Source: an uncultured Bacteroidales bacterium (GTDB lineage: Bacteria > Bacteroidota > Bacteroidia > Bacteroidales > FEN-979). Taken from it: DNA of 64,000 nt. The stretch is taken from positions 219,400 through 283,399 of the forward strand of contig CAWDBP010000006.1 in the NCBI GenBank assembly GCA_963800585.1, written 5' to 3'. The position numbers and the translations under genes are program-made. Below, one piece after another: positions 47,870-57,535 of this stretch. The notes under the pieces were generated by a model, which saw nothing but the letters and a program-made list of their open reading frames with translations, did not search any database and had not been told where the DNA came from. Every line of letters starts with the position of its first letter. Position 1 is the stretch's first letter.

Positions 47870-47950
47870 AATCGTAAATCGCCTGCCTGCCGTGTAGGCA
47901 GGTAAATCCAAAAATTCAATCGTAAATCGTAAATCGTCCAATCGTAAATT
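47870..47950 (+). repeat. CGTAAAT arrays flanking a CCTGCCT GCCGTGT AGGCAGG hairpin
   Basis: AATCGTAAATCG, the 7-bp stem at 47882-47902, then ATTCAATCGTAAATCGTAAATCGTCCAATCGTAAATT. Confidence 0.88.
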
Positions 47951-47954
47951 GCTT

Positions 47955-48938
47955 TCAGCCTCGTGGGTGGTACTGAAGAATAGTACTCCTGAGGTATTCG
48001 CGGTCAAGATGGGTGTATATTTCCGTTGTGGTAATTGATTCATGGCCAAGCATTTCCTGCACGGCCCTGAGGTCGGCGCCTCCTTCCACAAGGTGCGTTG
48101 CAAATGAATGACGGAAAGTATGCGGACTGATTGTTTTCTTCAAGCCAATTTTCAGTGCGAGTTTCTTTATGATGGTAAAGATCATGACGCGCGTCAACCT
48201 TGATCCCCGCCGGTTTAAGAAAAGAGTATCTTCATAACCTTTTTTAATATCCTGATGCGACCGGACAGCTTCCATATAAATTAGGATATGTTTTTGGGCA
48301 ATTCTTCCCACCGGGACCAGTCGTTCTTTGTTTCCCTTTCCCGAAACCCGGATAAATCCCTCATTAAAAAAAAGATTGGAAATACGGATGTTTACCAGCT
48401 CGGAAACACGTAACCCGCAACCATAAAGTGTTTCAAGAATTGCTTTGTTTCGTTCTCCTTCAGGTTTGCTCAGATCAATGCTATTGATCAGTTGGTCAAT
48501 CTCCTCAACACTGAGGGTGTTGGGCAATCTGCGCCCGATCTTCGGCGATTCAAGCATTTCTGTCGGATCAACAGACAAAAGGTTTTCGAGCAAAAGATAT
48601 TTGTAAAACCCTTTAAGCCCGGAAATGACCCTTGCCTGTGTGCGGGAAGTCATTCCGAGTCCGTTGATCCATTTTAAGAAATCCTGAAAATGATGCAATT
48701 CAGCCTTCTGCGGTGGAAGGTTCAGGTTGTTAAAATCAAGGTATTGGGAGAATTTATTTACATCGTGAATATACGCTTCTATAGAATTGACCGACAACGA
48801 TTTCTCAAGTTGAAGGTATGACTTATAGCCATTGATATAAGAAGACCAGTCAGGCAACGGTTGAAATTTTTCGGGCAAGGCTAAATTATGAAAATATTTT
48901 GGTTTGTAATCGGAAAATGTATATTTTTGCAGTCCCAA
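47955..48938 (-). CDS. xerD: Site-specific tyrosine recombinase XerD
   Basis: 327 aa. N-terminal SAM-like [16 protein letters not shown]; C-terminal [35 protein letters not shown]. Confidence 0.88.
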   Translation of the reverse strand: MGLQKYTFSDYKPKYFHNLALPEKFQPLPDWSSYINGYKSYLQLEKSLSVNSIEAYIHDVNKFSQYLDFNNLNLPPQKAELHHFQDFLKWINGLGMTSRTQARVISGLKGFYKYLLLENLLSVDPTEMLESPKIGRRLPNTLSVEEIDQLINSIDLSKPEGERNKAILETLYGCGLRVSELVNIRISNLFFNEGFIRVSGKGNKERLVPVGRIAQKHILIYMEAVRSHQDIKKGYEDTLFLNRRGSRLTRVMIFTIIKKLALKIGLKKTISPHTFRHSFATHLVEGGADLRAVQEMLGHESITTTEIYTHLDREYLRSTILQYHPRG

Positions 48939-48957
48939 AATAAATAGGAGAATAAAA

Positions 48958-49146
48958 ATGGCGAAGAAGAGTAAAGATCAGAGGATTCAGGTAATCATGG
49001 AATGCACGGAACAAAAGACAAGCGGAGTTCCGGGGATGTCGAGATACATCACTAAGAAGAACAAGAAAAACACTCCTGAGCGCTTAGAACTGAAAAAATA
49101 TAACCCATACCTGAAGAAAGTTACCGTTCATAAAGAAATCAAATAA
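48958..49146 (+). CDS. rpmG: 50S ribosomal protein L33
   Basis: 62 aa: [12 protein letters not shown]...[34 protein letters not shown]. Confidence 0.92.
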   Translation: MAKKSKDQRIQVIMECTEQKTSGVPGMSRYITKKNKKNTPERLELKKYNPYLKKVTVHKEIK

Positions 49147-49158
49147 AGAAGATAACCC

Positions 49159-49320
49159 ATGGCAAAGAAAGTTGTTGCAACATTCCAGACAAGTGGCGGC
49201 AAGGATTTTACAAAAGTGATCCGGATGGCAAAATCCGGTAAGACCGGCGCTTATGTTTTTAAAGAAAACATTGTTCCCAATGATGCGGTAAAAGAATTTT
49301 TGGCCAACGCCAACAAATAA
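49159..49320 (+). CDS. DUF4295 small protein
   Basis: 53-aa ORF, below the track cutoff: MAKKVVATFQTSGGKDFTKVIRMAKSGKTGAYVFKENIVPNDAVKEFLANANK. Occupies the conserved Bacteroidota position between rpmG and ftsY. Confidence 0.75.
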   Translation: MAKKVVATFQTSGGKDFTKVIRMAKSGKTGAYVFKENIVPNDAVKEFLANANK

Positions 49321-49406
49321 ATCCTTCACCGGTCAGTGTGAAAAAGCTTTTTTCCCTGTGAAAAAAGCTTTTTTTATAAATAGTAAACTGAAGAGGATCA
49401 TCTCCA

Positions 49407-50357
49407 ATGGGTATTTTTTCAAAGTTATCAAAAGATAAAAAGGAGACGCTGGACAAGGGTCTGGAAAAGACCAAGACCAGCATTTTCACAAAGCTTTCAA
49501 AGGCTGTTGCAGGGAAATCGCATGTAGATGAGGATGTTCTGGATCGTTTGGAAGAAACCCTGGTGACCTCAGATGTTGGTGTAGAAACAACACTGAAAAT
49601 AATTGAACGGCTCCAGTCAAGGGTTGCAAAAGATAAATACATCAGCACGAGTGAGTTGAATTCTCTGCTGAAGGATGAGATTGCCCGGCTTTTGCAGGAA
49701 AATAAAGCAGAAGATACTGATGAATTCAGCATCCCCATTGATGCGCATCCTTATGTTATTATGGTTGTCGGAGTAAATGGTGTAGGCAAGACAACAACCA
49801 TCGGGAAACTTGCGTATAACTTCCGGAAAGTTGGTAAAACTGTCCTGCTTGGAGCTGCAGACACCTTCAGGGCCGCGGCCATCGATCAACTTAAGATCTG
49901 GGCTCAGCGTGCTGATGTTCCTATAATAACTCAAAGTATGGGGTCCGATCCGGCATCCGTTGCCTATGATACCGTCAAATCAGCTATGGCACGGAATATT
50001 GATGTCGTGATTATCGATACTGCCGGAAGATTGCATAACAAGGTAAACCTTATGAATGAGCTTTCAAAGATCAGGAATGTCATGCAGAAACTGATTCCAC
50101 AGGCGCCGCATGAAATATTGCTGATCCTTGACGCTTCAACCGGCCAGAATGCTATCGAACAGGCTCGTCAGTTTATGGCTGCTACCGAAGTAAATGCTAT
50201 TGCACTGACAAAACTCGATGGAACAGCCAAAGGAGGCGTCGTCATAGGGATTTCCGACCAATTCAAGATCCCCGTAAAGTACATCGGGGTAGGAGAAAAA
50301 ATGGAAGACCTTCAATTGTTCGATCGGGCTGAGTTCGTCGACAGCCTCTTCACCTAA
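49407..50357 (+). CDS. ftsY: Signal recognition particle receptor FtsY
   Basis: 316 aa. Has GVNGVGKTTTIGKLA, DTAGRL and TKLDGTAKGG motifs. Confidence 0.93.
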   Translation: MGIFSKLSKDKKETLDKGLEKTKTSIFTKLSKAVAGKSHVDEDVLDRLEETLVTSDVGVETTLKIIERLQSRVAKDKYISTSELNSLLKDEIARLLQENKAEDTDEFSIPIDAHPYVIMVVGVNGVGKTTTIGKLAYNFRKVGKTVLLGAADTFRAAAIDQLKIWAQRADVPIITQSMGSDPASVAYDTVKSAMARNIDVVIIDTAGRLHNKVNLMNELSKIRNVMQKLIPQAPHEILLILDASTGQNAIEQARQFMAATEVNAIALTKLDGTAKGGVVIGISDQFKIPVKYIGVGEKMEDLQLFDRAEFVDSLFT

Positions 50358-50367
50358 TATTTGATCT

Positions 50368-51681
50368 TTGAAAACAAAATCCGTCCCTCATAAGATTGGA
50401 ATTGTATCACTTGGATGCGCCAAGAACCTGGTGGATACGGAAGTCCTGATGAAACAACTTGATGCTTCCTCTTTTCAAATCATCCTGGATCCGGTGGAAA
50501 ATGATAACATTGAAACTGCCATCATCAACACATGTGGTTTTATCCTGGATGCAAAGAATGAATCCATTGAAACGATACTTCAGTATATAAAGGCAAAGAC
50601 TGAAGGTCGCCTCAAATCACTCTTCGTAATGGGATGTCTTTCTGAACGCTACCGTGAACAACTGGCAAAGGAATTACCTGAGGTGGATGCATTCTTCGGA
50701 GTTAATGAATTGAGCCGGGTCGTGGAAAGGGTAGGGGCGAAGTTCAGAAAGGATTTGCTTGGCGAACGTTTGTTAGCAACACCTTCCCATTATGCCTACC
50801 TGAAAATTGCCGAGGGATGCGATCGCCATTGTTCCTTTTGCTCCATTCCGGCCATCAGGGGGAAACACATTTCAAGACCCATGGCCGACATAATCCGGGA
50901 AGCAGAAATCCTCGCGAGGAAAGGCGTTAAAGAGATCATTGTTATTGCACAAGACACCACATACTACGGTCTCGATCTTTATAAAAAGAGAATGTTACCG
51001 GAACTGCTTGAACAGCTTTCAGTGATTCACGGACTTGAATGGATAAGACTGCATTACACCTATCCCGACGGTTTTCCTGAGGAAGTACTGGAGGTGATAA
51101 AAAATCATGACAACATCTGCAAATACATTGATATCCCCCTCCAGCATATCAATTCCAGGATCCTGAAGTCGATGAAAAGAGGGATCGATAAAGAACAAAC
51201 CCTTGCTCTTGTTTCATTGATCCGCAAGCAATTGCCACAGGCAGCCATACGAACAACCCTGATTACAGGATATCCCGGAGAAACCTTAAAAGATTTCAGG
51301 GAATTAAAGGAATTTATTGACATTTGTCGCTTTGACAGACTGGGTATATTCACTTATTCTCATGAAGAAGGAACAGCAGCCTACTCTCTTAAAGACACAG
51401 TTCCCCAAAAAATAAAAAAAGAGCGGGCTGCAATCCTGATGGATTTACAACAGGAAATCTCTTTCAGTTTGAATAAAAGAAGAGTTGGAATTGATATGAA
51501 GGTAATTATCAATGGTGAGGAAAATGAATATTACATAGGCCGGACAGAATTTGATTCTCCGGAGATAGATAATGAAGTTCTAATACCCAAAGAGCGGAAG
51601 AAACTTGAAATTGGTCACTTTTATCAAGCTCATATTACGGAAGCAGATACCTTTGATCTTTACGCGGAAATTAAGGATTGA
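50368..51681 (+). CDS. rimO: Ribosomal protein S12 methylthiotransferase RimO
   Basis: 437 aa, TTG start. MTTase N-terminal domain LGCAKNLVDTE, radical SAM CDRHCSFCSIP, and a TRAM C-terminus. Confidence 0.92.
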   Translation: MKTKSVPHKIGIVSLGCAKNLVDTEVLMKQLDASSFQIILDPVENDNIETAIINTCGFILDAKNESIETILQYIKAKTEGRLKSLFVMGCLSERYREQLAKELPEVDAFFGVNELSRVVERVGAKFRKDLLGERLLATPSHYAYLKIAEGCDRHCSFCSIPAIRGKHISRPMADIIREAEILARKGVKEIIVIAQDTTYYGLDLYKKRMLPELLEQLSVIHGLEWIRLHYTYPDGFPEEVLEVIKNHDNICKYIDIPLQHINSRILKSMKRGIDKEQTLALVSLIRKQLPQAAIRTTLITGYPGETLKDFRELKEFIDICRFDRLGIFTYSHEEGTAAYSLKDTVPQKIKKERAAILMDLQQEISFSLNKRRVGIDMKVIINGEENEYYIGRTEFDSPEIDNEVLIPKERKKLEIGHFYQAHITEADTFDLYAEIKD

Positions 51682-51735
51682 TTTAGAATTGGAAATTATT
51701 TTTATTATTTTTGCCAAAACTAAAAAAATGAAATT

Positions 51736-52503
51736 ATGAAACGTATTGGATTTTTTCTCTCTCTTTTACTGATCGTACCGGTTTTACTTTTCTCACAGGA
51801 AACTAAACAGAAAAGTGATACCATTAACCGAACAAATAGCAAGGATCAGAAAGTAGGGTATTGGGAAGAACAAGCTGCAGATCAGATTGCAAAAGGCTTT
51901 TATGTGAACAATAGCAGGACAGGATGCTGGGTCACTCAATTGACCAATAACCTCCTGGTCAGGATTGACAATTACCTTAATGGGATGAAAGACGGGATAT
52001 CTATCACGTTTGATCGCCGCAACCGTATAATCGCAACGGAATATTTCAAAGCCGGTCTTCTTGATGGACCCTCAATAAATTATAGCACCTATAATGAAAA
52101 TCCCCTTACTGAGATTAACTATGCAAAAGGTAAAAGAAATGGTGATTCGAAGATCTTTTATGATAACGGAAAACTCCAGGAAGCTGCTACTTTTAAAGAT
52201 GATGTAAAGAATGGGATTGCAAGATGGTATAACAGAGCAAGTAAAATTATGGCTGAATACAATTATGTTAATGGGATGTTTGAAGGACCTCAGAAAACCT
52301 TCTATGAAAATGATACCGTGCAATCAGTTGCCAGCTATGTCCATAATGTTTACTCGGGTGCATACCAGGAATTTTACCGTAACGGGAAACTAAAAAGTAC
52401 AGGCCAATATATCAATGGTCTTAAAGAAGGCGAATGGATAGAATACGATGAGACAGGAAAAGCTGTTACCAAAACCAAATACAAGAACGGCGTCGCCAAA
52501 TAA
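51736..52503 (+). CDS. MORN-repeat-variant (YwqK-like) secreted protein
   Basis: 255 aa with a signal peptide. Repeated G...Y..NG.....Y..G...G units. Confidence 0.7.
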   Translation: MKRIGFFLSLLLIVPVLLFSQETKQKSDTINRTNSKDQKVGYWEEQAADQIAKGFYVNNSRTGCWVTQLTNNLLVRIDNYLNGMKDGISITFDRRNRIIATEYFKAGLLDGPSINYSTYNENPLTEINYAKGKRNGDSKIFYDNGKLQEAATFKDDVKNGIARWYNRASKIMAEYNYVNGMFEGPQKTFYENDTVQSVASYVHNVYSGAYQEFYRNGKLKSTGQYINGLKEGEWIEYDETGKAVTKTKYKNGVAK

Positions 52504-52524
52504 CTCCTTTTTTCATTAAAAATC

Positions 52525-53010
52525 ATGCGTAAGATCCACAATCCCTTCAGAGAGAGGAAGGGTTATCAATGTTTTGGTTGTTCGCCAGATCATTTATCCG
52601 GTCTTCAGATGACATTTTTTGAAGATGGTGATGAAATCATTTCTACCTGGGAACCAAAGCCTCAGTTTGAAGGATATCATGGTGTGCTTCACGGAGGAAT
52701 CCAAGCGACTATCATGGATGAAATTGCGAGTTGGGTAGTATATGTTAAGGTCAAGGTGGCAGGGGTGACTTCCTCAATGAATATTCACTACCATAAACCC
52801 ATCTACCTGACAGGGGGCCCTATTACTGTTCATTCAAAAGTCCTGCGAATGAGAAGGAACCTTGCAGAGATACAAGTTGAGATTTACAATCTTAATAACG
52901 AACTCTGTTCAGATGCCGTGGTCACCTATTTTACTTTCTCAGCGAAGAAATCGAAGGAAGTTTATTATTATCCCGGGGAAGAAGCTTTTTTCAAAGGTGA
53001 TCAGAATTGA
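52525..53010 (+). CDS. Hotdog-fold thioesterase (PaaI-like)
   Basis: 161 aa. Has CFGCSP..L..GL and LHGGIQATIMDE motifs. Confidence 0.7.
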   Translation: MRKIHNPFRERKGYQCFGCSPDHLSGLQMTFFEDGDEIISTWEPKPQFEGYHGVLHGGIQATIMDEIASWVVYVKVKVAGVTSSMNIHYHKPIYLTGGPITVHSKVLRMRRNLAEIQVEIYNLNNELCSDAVVTYFTFSAKKSKEVYYYPGEEAFFKGDQN

Positions 53011-54122
53011 TCGGCAAGCATTTGAAAGAATGCTGGCCAGTCAAGATCTCCTGCACTTTCTCCCATCCGGACTATTACAAGATTTTTTTTCGGACAGACA
53101 AATATAAATTGTCCAAGTATACCTTTTGCAAAATAACTACCACTATTCATGACCCGCCACAGGTATGTATAGGGATAACCCTGTGAATCCTTTGAATCAT
53201 TTCTGATTGTCAAGGTCTCTTTGACCCAGTTGGCAGGAACAACCTCATGTCCCCAGGCAACACCATTTTTAAGAAAGAGTTGTCCAAAAAGTGCAAAATC
53301 CTGAGGAACAGCATTGATGCAACAAAAAGCCTTGGCTTCTCTGTATTTTTTACTGTCCAGGCTCCATGTGGCAGTGTGAACTGCCCCCATTGGTTTCCAG
53401 ATTTTTTTCTCAAAATAGTCACTTAATCTTTTTCCTGTGGCCTTTTCCAGTATCATTCCCAGGATCTGTACGTTACCACTCTGATATTCATAAGAAGTTC
53501 CTGGTATGTGTACGACTTTTAACTTCCGGGTGTATCTACCCAGGTTTAATCCATAATAGAATTTGGCGGCTTCCCCGAAAGGATTTTTATAACCTTCATT
53601 GAATTTAATACCTGACCGCATAGTCAGCAGATCTTCGATGGTGACATTATGAAAACCCGGATCCTTCATTTCCGGAATATAATCTGTAACGGGTTGGTGG
53701 ATATTATGAATAGCGCCTTCTGAAACAGCAATGCCAACCAAAGCAGAAACAAATGATTTTGAAACGGAAAAAGAAGGAATTGTTGAATTTTTAGTATATC
53801 CCTTAAAATATTTTTCATACACCAGCGTGTCATTCCTTAGAATCAGAAAAGCAAGTGTTTTTTGAGATGCCAGGAATTGAGCTAATGGTCCAAAATCCTT
53901 AGCATTTTTGTTCTTCTCGGTAGGATAAAGCGGTTTTCTAAGTAACTTATATGGAATTTGGATTGGCGTGCTGCTTTCCCTGATAGTATCTACAGGGAAT
54001 TTTTTATAATCATTTACATCTGCGTAATTCCAATAAACGTACCTCGCTACATAACATGAAGTTAAAGATAAACAGAATAAAATAAATACTTTGGAAATGA
54101 ACCATTTAATGTGCGATACCAT
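53001..54122 (-). CDS. Serine hydrolase, beta-lactamase/transpeptidase-like
   Basis: 373 aa. SxxK motif FSVSKSF, and later YEYQSGN. Confidence 0.8.
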   Translation of the reverse strand: MVSHIKWFISKVFILFCLSLTSCYVARYVYWNYADVNDYKKFPVDTIRESSTPIQIPYKLLRKPLYPTEKNKNAKDFGPLAQFLASQKTLAFLILRNDTLVYEKYFKGYTKNSTIPSFSVSKSFVSALVGIAVSEGAIHNIHQPVTDYIPEMKDPGFHNVTIEDLLTMRSGIKFNEGYKNPFGEAAKFYYGLNLGRYTRKLKVVHIPGTSYEYQSGNVQILGMILEKATGKRLSDYFEKKIWKPMGAVHTATWSLDSKKYREAKAFCCINAVPQDFALFGQLFLKNGVAWGHEVVPANWVKETLTIRNDSKDSQGYPYTYLWRVMNSGSYFAKGILGQFIFVCPKKNLVIVRMGESAGDLDWPAFFQMLADQF

Positions 54123-54327
54123 TCTTGATCACATAATCTTTTCTAACTGACCGGCTTTTAAAGCCAAATTTTTGGTTGTACCTGCTTTTATTCTTTTTTT
54201 GGATGTAACCCCTGTGTGCATTGGTCCCTTTACATGCAGCTATTTTTGCATGGGAAGAACAAAAGGGGAAAATTAAAGAAATAATAACAATCAATGTAAA
54301 AAAGATCCATTTTGTCAGGATATTCAT
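54106..54327 (-). CDS. Small basic hypothetical protein with N-terminal TM/signal segment
   Basis: 73-aa ORF overlapping the downstream hydrolase start by 17 nt. I recognise no family, so the coding status is uncertain. Confidence 0.3.
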   Translation of the reverse strand: MNILTKWIFFTLIVIISLIFPFCSSHAKIAACKGTNAHRGYIQKKNKSRYNQKFGFKSRSVRKDYVIKNGIAH

Positions 54328-54400
54328 AAATAAAATTGGGTGTTACAGGCCAGTAAAATTATCATAATAATTAATAAGGAGCAAAAGTTTTTATAATTTT

Positions 54401-56359
54401 GTGAATATTATGTCATCCAAGATAACCTCTTCTGCATCTTCAGAACCATGGCAATTGAGACAATACGCATTATTCTTGTTTTTTTGTTTTCAGGGCTGCT
54501 TCCTTTCCTCACAGAATCTTAAGGACACGATACGACTTTCACAGGTTGAAGTTACGGGAAGTTTTACTTTGCATACCGAAGGCTTTAAAAAGGTTCGTAT
54601 CGATTCTAACCTGTTGGTTCAATATTTAAATACCGACCTTTCTACGGTTCTTTCTCAGCAATCAACGATTTTTATAAAATCATACGGAAACGGAGGCCTG
54701 GCAACTCCTTCTTTCCGTGGAACCTCTGCGACCCACACACAGGTTCAATGGAACGGGATAAATATCGACTCTCCAATGCTTGGGCAGACAGACCTTTCAC
54801 AAGTTCAGGTTTCCCAGTTCGAGAGTCTTGAGATCCTTTATGGAGCTGCTACTGTGGCAAGATCTAGTGGCGCATTCGGCGGCATCATCAATCTTGTAAG
54901 TAATCCTAACTGGAATAATACTGTCAATCTGACATTGGCTCAAACATTGGCTAGTTTTAACAACTATACAACTAACGCCACTATTGCGCTTGGGAATCAT
55001 GTTGTCCAGTCGATCACAAAGGTCAATTATTCCAATGCATTAAATAACTTTCCTTTTTATAATGATCAGACTAAAGAAAATGAAAAACTCATAAATGCTG
55101 AATATATTCTTAGTGGGTTAACACAGGAAACTTTTTTCAGGCTCTCAAAAACTGATTTTCTGACCACCAGGATCTGGTTCACTGATGATAGTCATAAGAT
55201 ACCGCCAATTACGACCAATGAAGCAAACGTACAAAAGGAAGATGAGATTGACCAGGCCATCCGAAGTATGATTGAATGGAGAAGATCAACTGATCATTAT
55301 TTTCTTACTGTAAGATCATCTCTCGTCGATCAGTTTATGCGGTATACCCTTTCAGATACTTCCTATAATAGTCATTGCTATTCATGGGCAAATCGTATAC
55401 GACTTGTATATTCAGGCATAAAGAATTTTATTATAAGACCGGGCATCGATTTTAATTCTGACTGGGTGATCTCAGATTCATATAACGGTATGAAAAGCAG
55501 GAATACATTTGCAGCATATTCAGAATTCAATTATAATCCGGCAAAACCCCTTAAAATCTCACTGGTCCTGAGACAGGAGATGATTGATGGCAAATTTCAA
55601 CCGTTTATTCCTGCATTGGGAATAGAATACAAGCCTTTTAAAGATATCAACCTTACAGTTTCTGCCAATATCTGCCGTAATTACGCTGTTCCAACTTTGA
55701 ATGAACTTTATTATGTACCCGATGGCAATATCAACTTACAACCTGAAACCGATTATGCTACAGAAGGTGGGCTTGTTTATAACTTTGGGAAAAAAGATAA
55801 AAATTTCTTTTTTGAAACGACACTTACGGGGTACTATTCAAGAATGATTAACATGATACTCTGGCTGCCAGACACAAATTTAAGTTTATATTCACCGAGA
55901 AATATCAGCGAAGTTCATGCGAGGGGAGTCGAAGCAGGCCTTAATTTTGCCTGGAGTATATCCGGATTCAGATTCTCACTAAACAATGCCTATAATTATT
56001 GCAGGTCGACCAATGAAAAAGCCACATCAATTGCTGACAGCTCAGTAGGGAAACAACTGATCTATACACCTGAAAATACTTTTAACTCGACATTGACGGT
56101 CAAAAGAAGCGGATTCTATGGTTCCTATGTTTTTTCCTATATTGGTGTAAGGTATACAACATCGGACAACACATCATTTATGCCTTGTTATTATCTTTCT
56201 AATATAATTCTAGGAAAAAACTTTCATTTGAAAAATTTTATAGTATCTTTACAGCTGAATTTGAATAATTTGTTTGATCTCGATTACCAGTCGCTTGAGA
56301 ACAGGCCAATGCCTGGGCGCAATTTTTCATTAACATTGAAATTTAATTTCAATAAATAG
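54401..56359 (+). CDS. TonB-dependent receptor (BtuB/CirA-size, no SusC-type N-terminal extension)
   Basis: 652 aa. Plug-domain motifs IKSYGNGGLATPSFRGTSATHTQVQWNGI. C-terminal beta-barrel ends in an aromatic residue pattern (LTLKFNFNK). Confidence 0.85.
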   Translation: MNIMSSKITSSASSEPWQLRQYALFLFFCFQGCFLSSQNLKDTIRLSQVEVTGSFTLHTEGFKKVRIDSNLLVQYLNTDLSTVLSQQSTIFIKSYGNGGLATPSFRGTSATHTQVQWNGINIDSPMLGQTDLSQVQVSQFESLEILYGAATVARSSGAFGGIINLVSNPNWNNTVNLTLAQTLASFNNYTTNATIALGNHVVQSITKVNYSNALNNFPFYNDQTKENEKLINAEYILSGLTQETFFRLSKTDFLTTRIWFTDDSHKIPPITTNEANVQKEDEIDQAIRSMIEWRRSTDHYFLTVRSSLVDQFMRYTLSDTSYNSHCYSWANRIRLVYSGIKNFIIRPGIDFNSDWVISDSYNGMKSRNTFAAYSEFNYNPAKPLKISLVLRQEMIDGKFQPFIPALGIEYKPFKDINLTVSANICRNYAVPTLNELYYVPDGNINLQPETDYATEGGLVYNFGKKDKNFFFETTLTGYYSRMINMILWLPDTNLSLYSPRNISEVHARGVEAGLNFAWSISGFRFSLNNAYNYCRSTNEKATSIADSSVGKQLIYTPENTFNSTLTVKRSGFYGSYVFSYIGVRYTTSDNTSFMPCYYLSNIILGKNFHLKNFIVSLQLNLNNLFDLDYQSLENRPMPGRNFSLTLKFNFNK

Positions 56360-56398
56360 CAGTTAAAGGGTTTTCGTTCTTCATTAAACAAATAACAA

Positions 56399-57517
56399 GT
56401 GAATCTGAACAAAAACAACTTTCTTTTCTTTTCATTTGCGAAGTTTTTATATTTCCTTCTTCTTGTTATTGTTGTATTTTCCTGTACCAAGAGCCCGATA
56501 AGGGTTGTTAATCCACCAAATCCACCTTTACCACCAAACAGTACTTTTGAGAATGGGGTTTTTGTTGTTAATGAAGGTGGTTATCTTCATGGAAATGCTT
56601 CCATTACTTTTATTACTCCAAAAGATAGTGTGGAACAGAATATCTTTGAATCTCAGAATAACCGTAGTCTGGGAGATGTGGCAGAAAGCATGCAGGTCTT
56701 TAATGACAGTGGTTTTATCCTTGTAAACAATTCAGACAAGATTGAAGTAGTTTCCCTGAAAGACTTTAAATCCGTCAAATCGATAGTCGATGGAAATTCG
56801 CCACGTTTTATGGCAATCGTCAATCCTACTAAAGCATATGTCACCAATATGAAGCAGGATATCTCGGTGATCAACCTGTCAACCCTGGCAATCGAGAAAT
56901 CCATCCATACCGGAACATGGACTGAATCGCTCATCCAGTACAATAATTACATGTTCGTCAGCTCTATCGGCATAATGAACCAAACAACTTCTCAACGAAA
57001 TGCATGTATCCTGGTTATCAATATCAAGTCGGACCAAATCACAGACAGCATTAAGACTGGAAAAGAGCCCACCTGCATGGTTATGGATAAGAAGAATAAA
57101 ATATGGGTTTTATGTACCGGTGGTTACGATCATTATGAACCTCCAACCCTTTTGAGGATCGATCCGACCCTGATGCTTATTGAAAAAACATACACCTTCC
57201 CAAATCAGACTGATACACCTTCAAGGCTTTGTATAAATTCCGGCAAAGATACTTTGTACTTTTTGGACAATGGAGTATACCAGATGCCTGTGTCGTCAAC
57301 AGCAATCCCTTCAGCACCTTTTATTGCAACCAGTGGTCATCTCTTCTATGGTTTAGGAATACATCCATCGAGCGGGAATATATTTGTCACCGATGCTAAG
57401 GATTATGTTCAAAAGGGATCTGTGTACCAGTACAATCAAATTTCTGGTGTGCTGCTGAATACTTTCACTGCAGGTATAATTCCAGGATATTTCTGCTTTA
57501 CTTCGCAATCAAAGTAG
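56399..57517 (+). CDS. DUF5074/YncE-like beta-propeller surface lipoprotein
   Basis: 372 aa. Lipobox VVFSC, an NGVFVVNEGGYLHGNASITFI start motif and repeated propeller-like blades. Immediately downstream of the TonB receptor. Confidence 0.62.
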   Translation: MNLNKNNFLFFSFAKFLYFLLLVIVVFSCTKSPIRVVNPPNPPLPPNSTFENGVFVVNEGGYLHGNASITFITPKDSVEQNIFESQNNRSLGDVAESMQVFNDSGFILVNNSDKIEVVSLKDFKSVKSIVDGNSPRFMAIVNPTKAYVTNMKQDISVINLSTLAIEKSIHTGTWTESLIQYNNYMFVSSIGIMNQTTSQRNACILVINIKSDQITDSIKTGKEPTCMVMDKKNKIWVLCTGGYDHYEPPTLLRIDPTLMLIEKTYTFPNQTDTPSRLCINSGKDTLYFLDNGVYQMPVSSTAIPSAPFIATSGHLFYGLGIHPSSGNIFVTDAKDYVQKGSVYQYNQISGVLLNTFTAGIIPGYFCFTSQSK

Positions 57518-57535
57518 ATTTTCACACCTTAGATA

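Noticed and set aside
47955-48938. The tyrosine recombinase might mark an integrated mobile element or an invertible promoter.
   Set aside because: Full-length XerD-type motifs are present. The neighbours are housekeeping genes (rpmG, ftsY), and there are no flanking direct or inverted att-like repeats, cargo genes or tRNA. It is most simply the chromosomal dimer-resolution recombinase.
51736-52503. A YwqK-type antitoxin implying a toxin-antitoxin or polymorphic-toxin module.
   Set aside because: The protein is secreted and made of MORN-variant repeats. There is no adjacent toxin, immunity or Rhs/CDI-type gene. The neighbours are rimO and a thioesterase.
54328-54400. A cobalamin or other riboswitch upstream of the TonB-dependent receptor.
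   Set aside because: The spacer is only about 70 nt, AT-rich, and lacks the B12-box or any conserved riboswitch core I can recognise.
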